Shown: positions 1-7,561 of the stretch, in pieces
Position numbering within the stretch: position 1 is the stretch's first letter
Layout: each line of letters opens with the position of its first letter
From: an uncultured Eubacteriales bacterium
Lineage (GTDB): Bacteria > Bacillota > Clostridia > Christensenellales > Aristaeellaceae
DNA length: 64,000 bases
Direction of reading: 5' to 3'
Assembly (NCBI GenBank): GCA_902795275.1
Contig: CADBKQ010000003.1
Span: 69,912-133,911, forward strand
Notes under the pieces: generated by a model
Told to the model about the DNA's origin: nothing
What the model saw: only the letters and a program-made list of their open reading frames with translations
Databases searched by the model: none
Made by a program: the position numbers and the translations under genes

Positions 1-791
1 GGGCTTTTCATGGCGCGCCCGTTCAGGAAGAAATGCTCGTGGCTGCGGTTGCCCCGGCCCGCGTCGCCCACGCCCACGTAGCCGGACAGCATGACCCCGT
101 TCATAGTACCCTCGATTTTGGTGAGCAGCTTTAAAGTGTCCGTGCCGTACACGCTCATGACCGCGCTTTCCAGCCGCCCGTCCCCCGCGCTGAAATACAC
201 CAGCTTGCCGTCCGCCATGAAGCGGAAGGAGACGGTGGGGTGACTGAGGATCAGCCGGGCCATCAGCTCGCTGACGGCGGCGGTTTCCGTGGCGGGCTTT
301 TTCAGGAACTTGCGGCGCACCGGCGCGTTGTAAAACAGCTCCTTCACCGTGAAGGTGGTGCCCTCGGGGCAGGCGGAGTCCTGAATGTCCAGGATGTCGC
401 CGCCCTCGTTGCGCACGGTCAGGCCCATGTCCTGGCCCCTGGCGCGGGTCTGGCAGGTGACTTTCGATACCGCCGCGATGGAGGCCAGCGCCTCGCCCCG
501 GAAGCCCAAAGACCGCACGCCGTATAAATCCTCGGCGGTGCGGATCTTGCTGGTGGCGTGGCGGGCGAAAGCCAGGCGGATGTCGCTGGGCTGGATGCCG
601 CTGCCGTTGTCCACCACCCGGAAGGAGGAAAGGCCACCTTCCTTGATGTCCACCGTGATGGCGGTCGCTCCCGCGTCCATGCTGTTTTCCACCAATTCCT
701 TGATCGCCGCCGCGGGCCGCTCCACGACCTCTCCCGCCGCGATCTGCCCGATCACTTCCGGGGGAAGCTGGCGGATGTGGTTTGTTTCCAT
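1..791 (-). CDS. mutL: DNA mismatch repair protein MutL, N-terminal ATPase part (gene continues past the window start)
   Basis: My translation of the minus strand from the ATG at 791 gives METNHIRQLPPEVIGQIAAGEVVERPAAAIKELVENSMDAGATA..., the canonical MutL GHKL N-terminus. An AGGAG RBS lies upstream and the gene sits just downstream of mutS. Confidence 0.9.
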   Translation of the reverse strand, partial: METNHIRQLPPEVIGQIAAGEVVERPAAAIKELVENSMDAGATAITVDIKEGGLSSFRVVDNGSGIQPSDIRLAFARHATSKIRTAEDLYGVRSLGFRGEALASIAAVSKVTCQTRARGQDMGLTVRNEGGDILDIQDSACPEGTTFTVKELFYNAPVRRKFLKKPATETAAVSELMARLILSHPTVSFRFMADGKLVYFSAGDGRLESAVMSVYGTDTLKLLTKIEGTMNGVMLSGYVGVGDAGRGNRSHEHFFLNGRAMKS

Positions 792-813
792 ATCTTGCTC
801 CTGTCGTATCAAA

Positions 814-922
814 GTGAGTGTGAGAGTGCAGAGTACAGATCATATAGTGTCGTCAAGTACCGGATTCCGTTTATTGTTCAGGTAAATGAATCTGAACTCT
901 GCACTCTGTACTCTGCACTCTC
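814..922. repeat. Heptad-arm palindromic element, copy A (AGAGTRC class)
   Basis: Perfect 18-bp inverted repeat: gagagtgcagagtacaga (822-839) pairs with tctgtactctgcactctc (905-922). The arms are 7-nt periodic and the loop is 65 nt and AT-rich. The right arm abuts the mutS stop codon (923-925). Confidence 0.9.
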
Positions 923-3520
923 TTATAATTTCATCGCCTTTTCTTTCAGCAAAAACAACTGATTCAGCGCATCAATGGGCGTCATGGCCATGACATCCAG
1001 CTTGCGGACTTCTTCGATGAATTCGGTTTTGGGGTATTCCATTAAATCGACCTGCTCGTTTTTCTTCTTGTGGCCCGCGCCCAGGATGTTCTGGCCGATC
1101 TTGTTGTTGGTCATGTCGTTGACTTCCAGGCGCGCCATGATCTCCTGCGCCCTTGCCACCACGGGCCGGGGGACGCCCGCTAAATGCGCTACGTAAATGC
1201 CGAAGCTCTTGTCCGCGCCGCCGGGGACGATCTTGCGCAGGAAGATGACCTCTTCCCCGTGCTCCTTGACGGACACACAGAAATTGGAAACGCCGTCCAA
1301 ATGTCCTTCCAGCTCGGACAGCTCGTGGTAGTGGGTGGCGAACAGGGTCTTGGCCCCGGACTTCTTTTTGTCGGCCAGGTATTCCACCGCCGCCCAGGCG
1401 ATGGACAGGCCGTCGAAGGTGGAGGTGCCGCGCCCGATTTCGTCCAGAATCACCAGGGACTTGCTGGTGGCGTTGCGCAGGATGTACGCCATTTCGCTCA
1501 TTTCCACCATGAAGGTGCTCTGCCCCGTGGCCAAATCGTCCGACGCGCCGACGCGGGTATACACCCCGTCCACCAGGGAAATGGAAGCGGACTTGGCGGG
1601 GACGAAGGAACCCATGTGCGCCATCAGCGTGATCAGCGCCACCTGGCGCATATAGGTGCTCTTGCCCGCCATGTTGGGGCCGGTGATGATCTGCACCCGC
1701 TTTTCATCGGCGTCCAGGTGGGTGTCGTTGGGGATGAAGCCCTGATCCGGCATGGCGGCTTCCACCACCGGATGCCGCCCGTCCTCGATGTCGATCACGC
1801 CGTCGTCGGTAATTTGAGGCCGCACATAGTGGTTGATCAGCGCCACCCGGGCCAGGCTCAGCAGCGCGTCCAGGGTCTTGTAGGCCAGGGCGGTGGACTG
1901 CAAGCGGGCCATGTTCCGCCCGATTTCCTCCCGGATGCCGTCGAACAGGCCGATTTCCAGCCGGGCGGCCTTGTCCTGGGCGCCGGTCACCTTGCGCTCG
2001 ATCTTTTGCAGCTCTTCGGTGGTGAAGCGCTCGGAATTGGCCAAAGTCTGCCGGGCGATATAGCGCAGGGGCACCTTGTCCCAATTGGACTTGGTGACTT
2101 CGATATAATAGCCGAACACCCGGTTATAGCTGATGCGCAGGTTCTTGATGCCGGTTTCTTCCCGCTCCTTGGCTTCCAGCTCGGCGATCCACGCCTTGCC
2201 GTCGGCGGCGGCTTCCCGGTATTCGTCCAGCTCCTGGCTGTACCCGGCGCGGATGAAATTGCCGTCGGACAGCAGCAGCGGCGCGTCGGGCGAAATGCCC
2301 CGGCGCAATAGGTCGGCCAGCTCGGGCAGCGGGTCCAGCAATTCTTTCAGGAAAGAAAGCGCATCGTCCTCCACGCCCGACAGCAGGTTCAGCACCTCCG
2401 GGGCCTTTTCCAGCGAGCGCAGCAGGCTCAGGCAGTCCCGGGCGTTCAGGGTGTGGTAGCTCACCTTGGAAAGCAGCCGCTCCATGTCGTAAACCTGGGA
2501 CAATTGATCCCGAAGGTTTTCCGACAGCACATGCTGCTTGTACAGCGCTTCCACGGCGGAGAGCCGGGCTTCGATTTTTTCTTTATTCACCAGCGGCTTT
2601 TCCACCCAGGAGCGCAGCAGCCGCCCGCCCATGGCGGTCACGGTCTGATCCAGGATGGACAGCAGCGACCCCTTCGCCGTCCGGCCCCGGATGGTTTCGG
2701 TCAATTCCAGGTTGCGGCGGGTGGAGGCGTCCAGGGGCATCATATCGTTCTTTTCCAGCACCCGGACGCGGGAAATATGCTGCAAGGCGTTTTTCTGGGT
2801 TTCGCTCAGATACCGCATCAGCGCGCCTGCGGCCTGGGCCGCCACGGAAAGGGAAGCGTCCAGGCCCAGGGCGGTGAGGGAATGCACCTGGAAATGGGAC
2901 AGCAGCGTTTCCTTGGCGTTCGCGTTCTGGTACGCGGCGGCGGCATAGCCCCGGCATTTCAGCTGCGTGCAGGGCTGCACAGCCTCCGGGCTGTTGGTGA
3001 TGATTTCGCCGGGGTTCAGGGCGTCCAGCGCGCTCTTGATGGCGGAAGGTGTATTCTCCACCTGCTGCACGTAAAACTCGCCGGTGCTCACGTCGCAGGC
3101 GGCGACGCCCGCCCGCCTGCCGTTGACGCACACAGAGCAGAGGAAGTTGTTCCGCTTTTCCCCGATGACGCTGGAATCCGTCAGCGTGCCGGCGGTAACG
3201 ATGCGGATAATGTCCCGCTCCACAAGCCCCTTGGCCAGCGCCGGGTCCTGCATCTGCTCGCCGATGGCCACCCGGTAGCCCCGCTCCACCAGCCGCGCCA
3301 CGTAGGCGTCCACCGCGTGGTAAGGAACGCCGCACATGGGCGCGCGCTCCTCCAGGCCGCAGTCCTTGCCGGTGAGGGTCAATTCCAGCTCCCGGCTGGC
3401 GGTGATGGCGTCGTCAAAGAACATCTCGTAAAAATCCCCGACCCGAAAAAAAAGCAGGGTGTCGGGGTTCTGTTCTTTCAGCTTCATATACTGCTGCATC
3501 ATCGGGGACAGCGTAGCCAT
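923..3520 (-). CDS. mutS: DNA mismatch repair protein MutS
   Basis: 865-aa ORF starting MATLSPMMQQYMKLKEQNPDTLLFFRVGDFYEMFFDDA, with Walker A GPNMAGKST and full MutS domain order. Confidence 0.97.
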   Translation of the reverse strand: MATLSPMMQQYMKLKEQNPDTLLFFRVGDFYEMFFDDAITASRELELTLTGKDCGLEERAPMCGVPYHAVDAYVARLVERGYRVAIGEQMQDPALAKGLVERDIIRIVTAGTLTDSSVIGEKRNNFLCSVCVNGRRAGVAACDVSTGEFYVQQVENTPSAIKSALDALNPGEIITNSPEAVQPCTQLKCRGYAAAAYQNANAKETLLSHFQVHSLTALGLDASLSVAAQAAGALMRYLSETQKNALQHISRVRVLEKNDMMPLDASTRRNLELTETIRGRTAKGSLLSILDQTVTAMGGRLLRSWVEKPLVNKEKIEARLSAVEALYKQHVLSENLRDQLSQVYDMERLLSKVSYHTLNARDCLSLLRSLEKAPEVLNLLSGVEDDALSFLKELLDPLPELADLLRRGISPDAPLLLSDGNFIRAGYSQELDEYREAAADGKAWIAELEAKEREETGIKNLRISYNRVFGYYIEVTKSNWDKVPLRYIARQTLANSERFTTEELQKIERKVTGAQDKAARLEIGLFDGIREEIGRNMARLQSTALAYKTLDALLSLARVALINHYVRPQITDDGVIDIEDGRHPVVEAAMPDQGFIPNDTHLDADEKRVQIITGPNMAGKSTYMRQVALITLMAHMGSFVPAKSASISLVDGVYTRVGASDDLATGQSTFMVEMSEMAYILRNATSKSLVILDEIGRGTSTFDGLSIAWAAVEYLADKKKSGAKTLFATHYHELSELEGHLDGVSNFCVSVKEHGEEVIFLRKIVPGGADKSFGIYVAHLAGVPRPVVARAQEIMARLEVNDMTNNKIGQNILGAGHKKKNEQVDLMEYPKTEFIEEVRKLDVMAMTPIDALNQLFLLKEKAMKL

Positions 3521-3581
3521 AACGCGCTTGCTCCTTTATGAATCGATTTGAGAAAAAAAGCAGGAAGGACGAGAGATCAGC

Positions 3582-3694
3582 GTACAGAGTGCAGAGTACA
3601 GATTTATATTGTGTACAAATGATGGCTTCTTTCACCGCAAACGCAAAAAAATCTGCGCTCTGACCTCTGTACTCTGTTCTCTATGCTCTGCACG
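3582..3694. repeat. Heptad-arm palindromic element, copy B (AGAGTRC class, degenerate)
   Basis: gtacagagtgcagagtacagat (3582-3603) pairs with atctgcgctctgacctctgtac (3651-3672) at 18/22 positions. The TCTGNNC heptads continue to 3694, directly abutting the stop codon of the ylbF-like gene (3695-3697). Loop is 47 nt. Confidence 0.8.
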
Positions 3695-4090
3695 TCAGCC
3701 GCACCCGGAGCACGCGGCGCAGTTGCCACTGCATCCGCCCTGGCTGCCGCCGGGATTGAGGGTGGCGGACAGTTCGGCGTTCACCTGGCCCATCATGTCG
3801 GAAAAGCCCTTCCGCGCCTGCTGCAGGGCCTGGTACATGGGCTGGGCTTTGATCTGCTGCTGCACCGTATCCAGGTCGCGGGTGAGGGTGCCGATGCGGT
3901 CAAAGTTGGGTTCTTTTTTCAGGGTCTCGTCCTCCACGTCCCGGTGGATGCTGTCGTACTGTTTCAAAAGCTCCTGCAATGTTTCGTCCTGTCCCGCGGC
4001 GTCCTCGGTGGCCCGCATGGTGATGTACTCCGGCGACTGGGCGATGATGCTTGCCAATTCCTTGGCTTTGTCGATCACGGCTTGGCTCAT
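3695..4090 (-). CDS. YlbF/YmcA-family (UPF0342) regulatory protein with a Cys-rich C-terminal tail
   Basis: 131-aa ORF MSQAVIDKAKELASIIAQSPEYITMRATEDA... with a YlbF-like helical pattern. The tail is GGCSGNCAACSGCG. It sits between miaB and mutS, as is common in Firmicutes. Confidence 0.7.
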   Translation of the reverse strand: MSQAVIDKAKELASIIAQSPEYITMRATEDAAGQDETLQELLKQYDSIHRDVEDETLKKEPNFDRIGTLTRDLDTVQQQIKAQPMYQALQQARKGFSDMMGQVNAELSATLNPGGSQGGCSGNCAACSGCG

Positions 4091-4114
4091 GGTGGTTGCT
4101 CCTTTTCTTCAATA

Positions 4115-4231
4115 AGTTCTAAGTTCTTAGTTACAAGTTCTAAGCTGTTTTGTTTCCAAGTTCATTGCGCGGCAATTGACGTATTTCATCATCCGTCTTG
4201 GCTTAGAACTTAGAACTTGGAACTTAGAACT
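4115..4231. repeat. Heptad-arm palindromic element, copy C (AAGTTCT class)
   Basis: The left arm agttctaagttcttagttacaagttctaagc (4115-4145) matches the reverse complement of gcttagaacttagaacttggaacttagaact (4201-4231) at 27/31 positions. Loop is 55 nt. Confidence 0.85.
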
Positions 4232-4248
4232 AAACACTTGCTTTAGGC

Positions 4249-5652
4249 TCAGATTTCACCCTTTAATGTTGTCTTGCTCGCCGCGGTGATCCTGACCGGC
4301 ACGATCTTACCGATCATGTCGGGATTGCCCGCGAAGTTGACGCTGATGTTCCGGGATGTTTTGCCGGTGAACTGGCTTTCGTCCCGCTTGCTCTGGCCCG
4401 TGACCAGCACGCTTTCGGTTCTTCCGATCATTTCCGCGAAGCGCTTCTGGGTCATTTCCTCCTGCAAGGCGATGAGGCGTTCGATGCGCTCGGTGGCCAG
4501 GGAGGGGTCGATGCGGCCCGGCATTTCGGCGGCGCGGGTGCCGACGCGGGGAGAGTAAATGAAGGTGAAGGCGCTGTCGTAGCCCACCTGCCGCACCAGA
4601 TCCATGGTGTCCTCAAAGTCCCGGTCTGTTTCGCCGGGGAAGGCCACGATGATGTCCGTGGTCAGGCCCACGTCCGGGGCGGCCTTGCGGATTTTTTCGA
4701 CCTTCTCCAGATAGCTTTCCCGGGTGTACTTCCGGTTCATGGCCTGCAAAATCTGGTTGCTGCCGCTTTGCACGGGCAGGTGCAAGTGGCGGCACAGGCT
4801 GGGGTTATTCGCCATTTCCTCAATCAGCTCGTCGGACAAATCCTTGGGATGGCTGGTCATGAAGCGGACTCTCGGGATGCCCGTTTCCGTGACGCGGCGC
4901 AGCAATTGCGGGAAAGTGACGCCGCCGGGCACGTCGTTGCCGTAGGAATTCACATTCTGCCCCAGCAGCATGATTTCCTGGACGCCCTGCTGCTGCAATT
5001 GTTCCACTTCGCGCACAATATCATCCGCCGCCCGGCTGCGCTCCCGGCCCCGCACGTAGGGCACGATGCAGTAGGAACAGAAGTTGTTGCAGCCGTACAT
5101 GATGGTGACGTAGGACTGGAAGGGACTTTCCCTGCGGATGGGCAGGCCCTCGGCGATGGTGCTCTGCTCCTCCGGCACCGCCACCACCCGGCGGCGGGTT
5201 TGAGCGGCGCGATACAAAAGCTCCGGCAGCTGGTGGATGTTCCCGGGGCCGAAGGCCACGTCCACGAAGGGATACTGCCGCAGCAGCTTGTCCGCCATGC
5301 CGGGCTCCTGCACCATGCAGCCGCACACGCCGATGAGCAGGTTAGGCCGTTCCTTCTTGATTTCTTTCAGCCAGGTCACATTACCAAGGGCCTTGCGTTC
5401 GGCGTTGTCCCGGATGCAGCAGGTGTTATGCAGCACGAAGTCCGCTTCTTCCTTCGCCGGGGCGGGCGTCATGCCCATGCCCTCCAGCATCCCCGCCAGC
5501 TTCTCCGAATCGTGGGCGTTCATCTGGCAGCCATAAGTGACGATGTAATAGGTCTGCGGATGGTCGGGCAGGGCTTTGAATTCCTCCGCGAAGCGCCGCT
5601 GGGAAAGCAGTTCTTCTTCTGATACGTGAATGATTTGGTCACGTTTGTTCAT
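4249..5652 (-). CDS. miaB: tRNA (N6-isopentenyl-A37) 2-methylthiotransferase MiaB (radical SAM MTTase)
   Basis: 467-aa ORF with the UPF0004 N-domain (YIVTYGCQMN), the radical SAM motif CNNFCSYCIVP and a C-terminal TRAM region. Confidence 0.9.
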   Translation of the reverse strand: MNKRDQIIHVSEEELLSQRRFAEEFKALPDHPQTYYIVTYGCQMNAHDSEKLAGMLEGMGMTPAPAKEEADFVLHNTCCIRDNAERKALGNVTWLKEIKKERPNLLIGVCGCMVQEPGMADKLLRQYPFVDVAFGPGNIHQLPELLYRAAQTRRRVVAVPEEQSTIAEGLPIRRESPFQSYVTIMYGCNNFCSYCIVPYVRGRERSRAADDIVREVEQLQQQGVQEIMLLGQNVNSYGNDVPGGVTFPQLLRRVTETGIPRVRFMTSHPKDLSDELIEEMANNPSLCRHLHLPVQSGSNQILQAMNRKYTRESYLEKVEKIRKAAPDVGLTTDIIVAFPGETDRDFEDTMDLVRQVGYDSAFTFIYSPRVGTRAAEMPGRIDPSLATERIERLIALQEEMTQKRFAEMIGRTESVLVTGQSKRDESQFTGKTSRNISVNFAGNPDMIGKIVPVRITAASKTTLKGEI

Positions 5653-5662
5653 TCATGATACC

Positions 5663-6742
5663 TCATTGTACTTTTTTTCTCGTCATTTCCACCAGCCCCA
5701 GGGACGTGAAGCCATGCACTACAGCCTTGACGGGATCGTCTTTCAGGGCCGCTTCCAGGGCTTCCCGGACGGCGGCGCGGCTTTCCTCGGTCTGCATGTC
5801 CACAAAGTCGATGATGACGATGCCCCCGATATTGCGAAGCCGGAGCAGCCTGGCGATTTCCTTTGCCGCTTCCAGGTTGAGCTTTAAGAAGGTGTTCTCG
5901 GCGCCGGTTTTGTTCCCGGTGAATTTGCCGCTGTTCACGTCGATGACGGTCATGGCCTCAGTGGGGTCGATGATGAGATACCCGCCGCAGTCCAGCCAGA
6001 CCTTGCGGGCCAGGGATTTTTCCAGCTTCGCGGGGACGCTGTACACATCAAACGGCGCGGGGCAGGCGCGAACGGAAACGCTCACCCCGGCGATTTCCTC
6101 CGGCCGGTCGGTGAGGATCTCTTCGATTTCCCCGTGCTCATCCCGAAGAAGCCGAACGAGCGCGTCCTCCCGGCCTTTCAGCAGGCAGGGTTCGGATACC
6201 TGAGAACGCTTTTCCAGCACGTCTTCCCAGGATGCTTGCAGTGCTTCCACGTCGGAGGCAATGGCTTCTTCCTCCGCGTCCGCGCTTTCCGTGCGCATCA
6301 CCAGCCCCATGTCCGCCGGGGCAACGCGGGAAGCTAAATCGGAAAGCCTGTTTCGCGTTGCTTCGTCCTGGATTTTCTTGGACACGGCGAAGCGCAGGGT
6401 GAAGGGCGTCAGCAAGGCGAACCGCCCGGCTAAAGCAATATCCGCAGTCAGGTACGCCGCCTTTTCCCCGATGGGCGGCTTCTTCACCTGGACGATCATC
6501 AGGTCTCCGGAACGCGGTTTTTCCCTGCATTCGCTGAACGGCAGGAAGCCCATGGCGTCCCCGCCCAAGCGAACAAACGCCGCTTCCATGCCCTTGACAA
6601 TGCGATCCACCTTGCCCAGATAAATCTGTTCGGCGGCAATGCCCCCGCCCGCGTCCCGGACAAAAGCCAGCAGCCGCTTCCCTTCCAGCAGGGCAATTTC
6701 ACGTTGGCCGTCGGTGTGTCGAAGTAAAACTGTTTTGCTCAC
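5663..6742 (-). CDS. rng: Rne/Rng-family ribonuclease (RNase G-like), short form ending before the Zn-link
   Basis: 359-aa ORF with an S1 domain (IYLGKVDRIVKGMEAAFVRLG) and catalytic motifs DVNSG and IIDFVDM. It ends at GLVEMTRKKVQ. Confidence 0.85.
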   Translation of the reverse strand: MSKTVLLRHTDGQREIALLEGKRLLAFVRDAGGGIAAEQIYLGKVDRIVKGMEAAFVRLGGDAMGFLPFSECREKPRSGDLMIVQVKKPPIGEKAAYLTADIALAGRFALLTPFTLRFAVSKKIQDEATRNRLSDLASRVAPADMGLVMRTESADAEEEAIASDVEALQASWEDVLEKRSQVSEPCLLKGREDALVRLLRDEHGEIEEILTDRPEEIAGVSVSVRACPAPFDVYSVPAKLEKSLARKVWLDCGGYLIIDPTEAMTVIDVNSGKFTGNKTGAENTFLKLNLEAAKEIARLLRLRNIGGIVIIDFVDMQTEESRAAVREALEAALKDDPVKAVVHGFTSLGLVEMTRKKVQ

Positions 6743-7401
6743 ATTTCCTCCAGCGGATAAAACACCCCGTCCTTTTCTCCGAACATCTGGGTGCGGGTCA
6801 CGATCATGTGGGGACGCTCCAGCTTGGCGAAGTCAAAGAGGGTGGACAGCAGCAGTTCCGGCTTGCAGGTGGCCTTTTCGCACAGGGCCAGGGTCATGCG
6901 CAGGGCGTCGCCATTCAGCGATAGGTCATAGATCATGGGCCGGATGTCGCAGGGCTTCATGCCGGTTTTGGTCTTGCGGATGGCGGGGATTTCGCTTTGG
7001 GCCAGGAACGCGGGGATGGCCTCGGCCAAGCCCTCCGGCACCTCGTCCAGCTTCGCTTCGTACATGGCGGCGGCAAGCTGGGCCATGGGCGCGGGATGGC
7101 GGTCGTCCACCGCCCGGGCGCTGATGCACGGCAATTCCGGCGGCAGGGCGGGCCGAAGCTTTCCCAGAAACGCTTCCCCCGTCATTTCCCCCTCGATGGG
7201 TACCTCCATAATTTCCCGCTTGCCCGGCATCCCCACCGACAGCGGCGCGGCGAAGGTCAACAGGATATGGGGGTTAAAGCCCTGGGAATATTTCAGCGGC
7301 AGCCCGCTCCGCCGCAGCGCCCGCTGCATGGCTCGCATCAAATCCAAATGCCCGATGTGGCGCAGGCGCGACGTTTTTTCAAAGACGACGATCAGCTTCA
7401 T
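6739..7401 (-). CDS. TIGR03936-family radical SAM-associated protein (DUF2344)
   Basis: 220-aa ORF MKLIVVFEKTSRLRHIGHLDLMRAMQRALRRSGLPLKYSQGFNPH, a typical DUF2344 N-terminus. It has a 4-nt overlap with the downstream RNase G gene. Confidence 0.8.
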   Translation of the reverse strand: MKLIVVFEKTSRLRHIGHLDLMRAMQRALRRSGLPLKYSQGFNPHILLTFAAPLSVGMPGKREIMEVPIEGEMTGEAFLGKLRPALPPELPCISARAVDDRHPAPMAQLAAAMYEAKLDEVPEGLAEAIPAFLAQSEIPAIRKTKTGMKPCDIRPMIYDLSLNGDALRMTLALCEKATCKPELLLSTLFDFAKLERPHMIVTRTQMFGEKDGVFYPLEEM

Positions 7402-7430
7402 GGGAAGATATATCCTTTCGGGAATCAGTC

Positions 7431-7555
7431 GAGTGAGGAGTTAGGAGTGAGGAGTGAGGAGTGAGGAGTTAAATCTTGCTCTACCATTACCGTTCGGTCT
7501 TGCGTTTTTGCATCCATCTAACCAACTCCTAACTCCTCACTCCTAACTCCTCACT
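7431..7555. repeat. Heptad-arm palindromic element, copy D (GGAGTKA class)
   Basis: The left arm gagtgaggagttaggagtgaggagtgaggagtgaggagtt (7431-7470) is the inverted repeat of aactcctaactcctcactcctaactcctcact (7524-7555). Loop is about 53 nt. It ends 7 nt from the stop of the upstream radical SAM gene. Confidence 0.9.
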
Positions 7556-7561
7556 AAAAAT

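Noticed and set aside
7431-7555. The tandem short repeats in the intergenic elements as possible CRISPR arrays.
   Set aside because: The repeat unit is 7 nt, units are contiguous with no spacers, and each array is mirrored by its reverse complement about 50 nt away. No cas genes are in the window.
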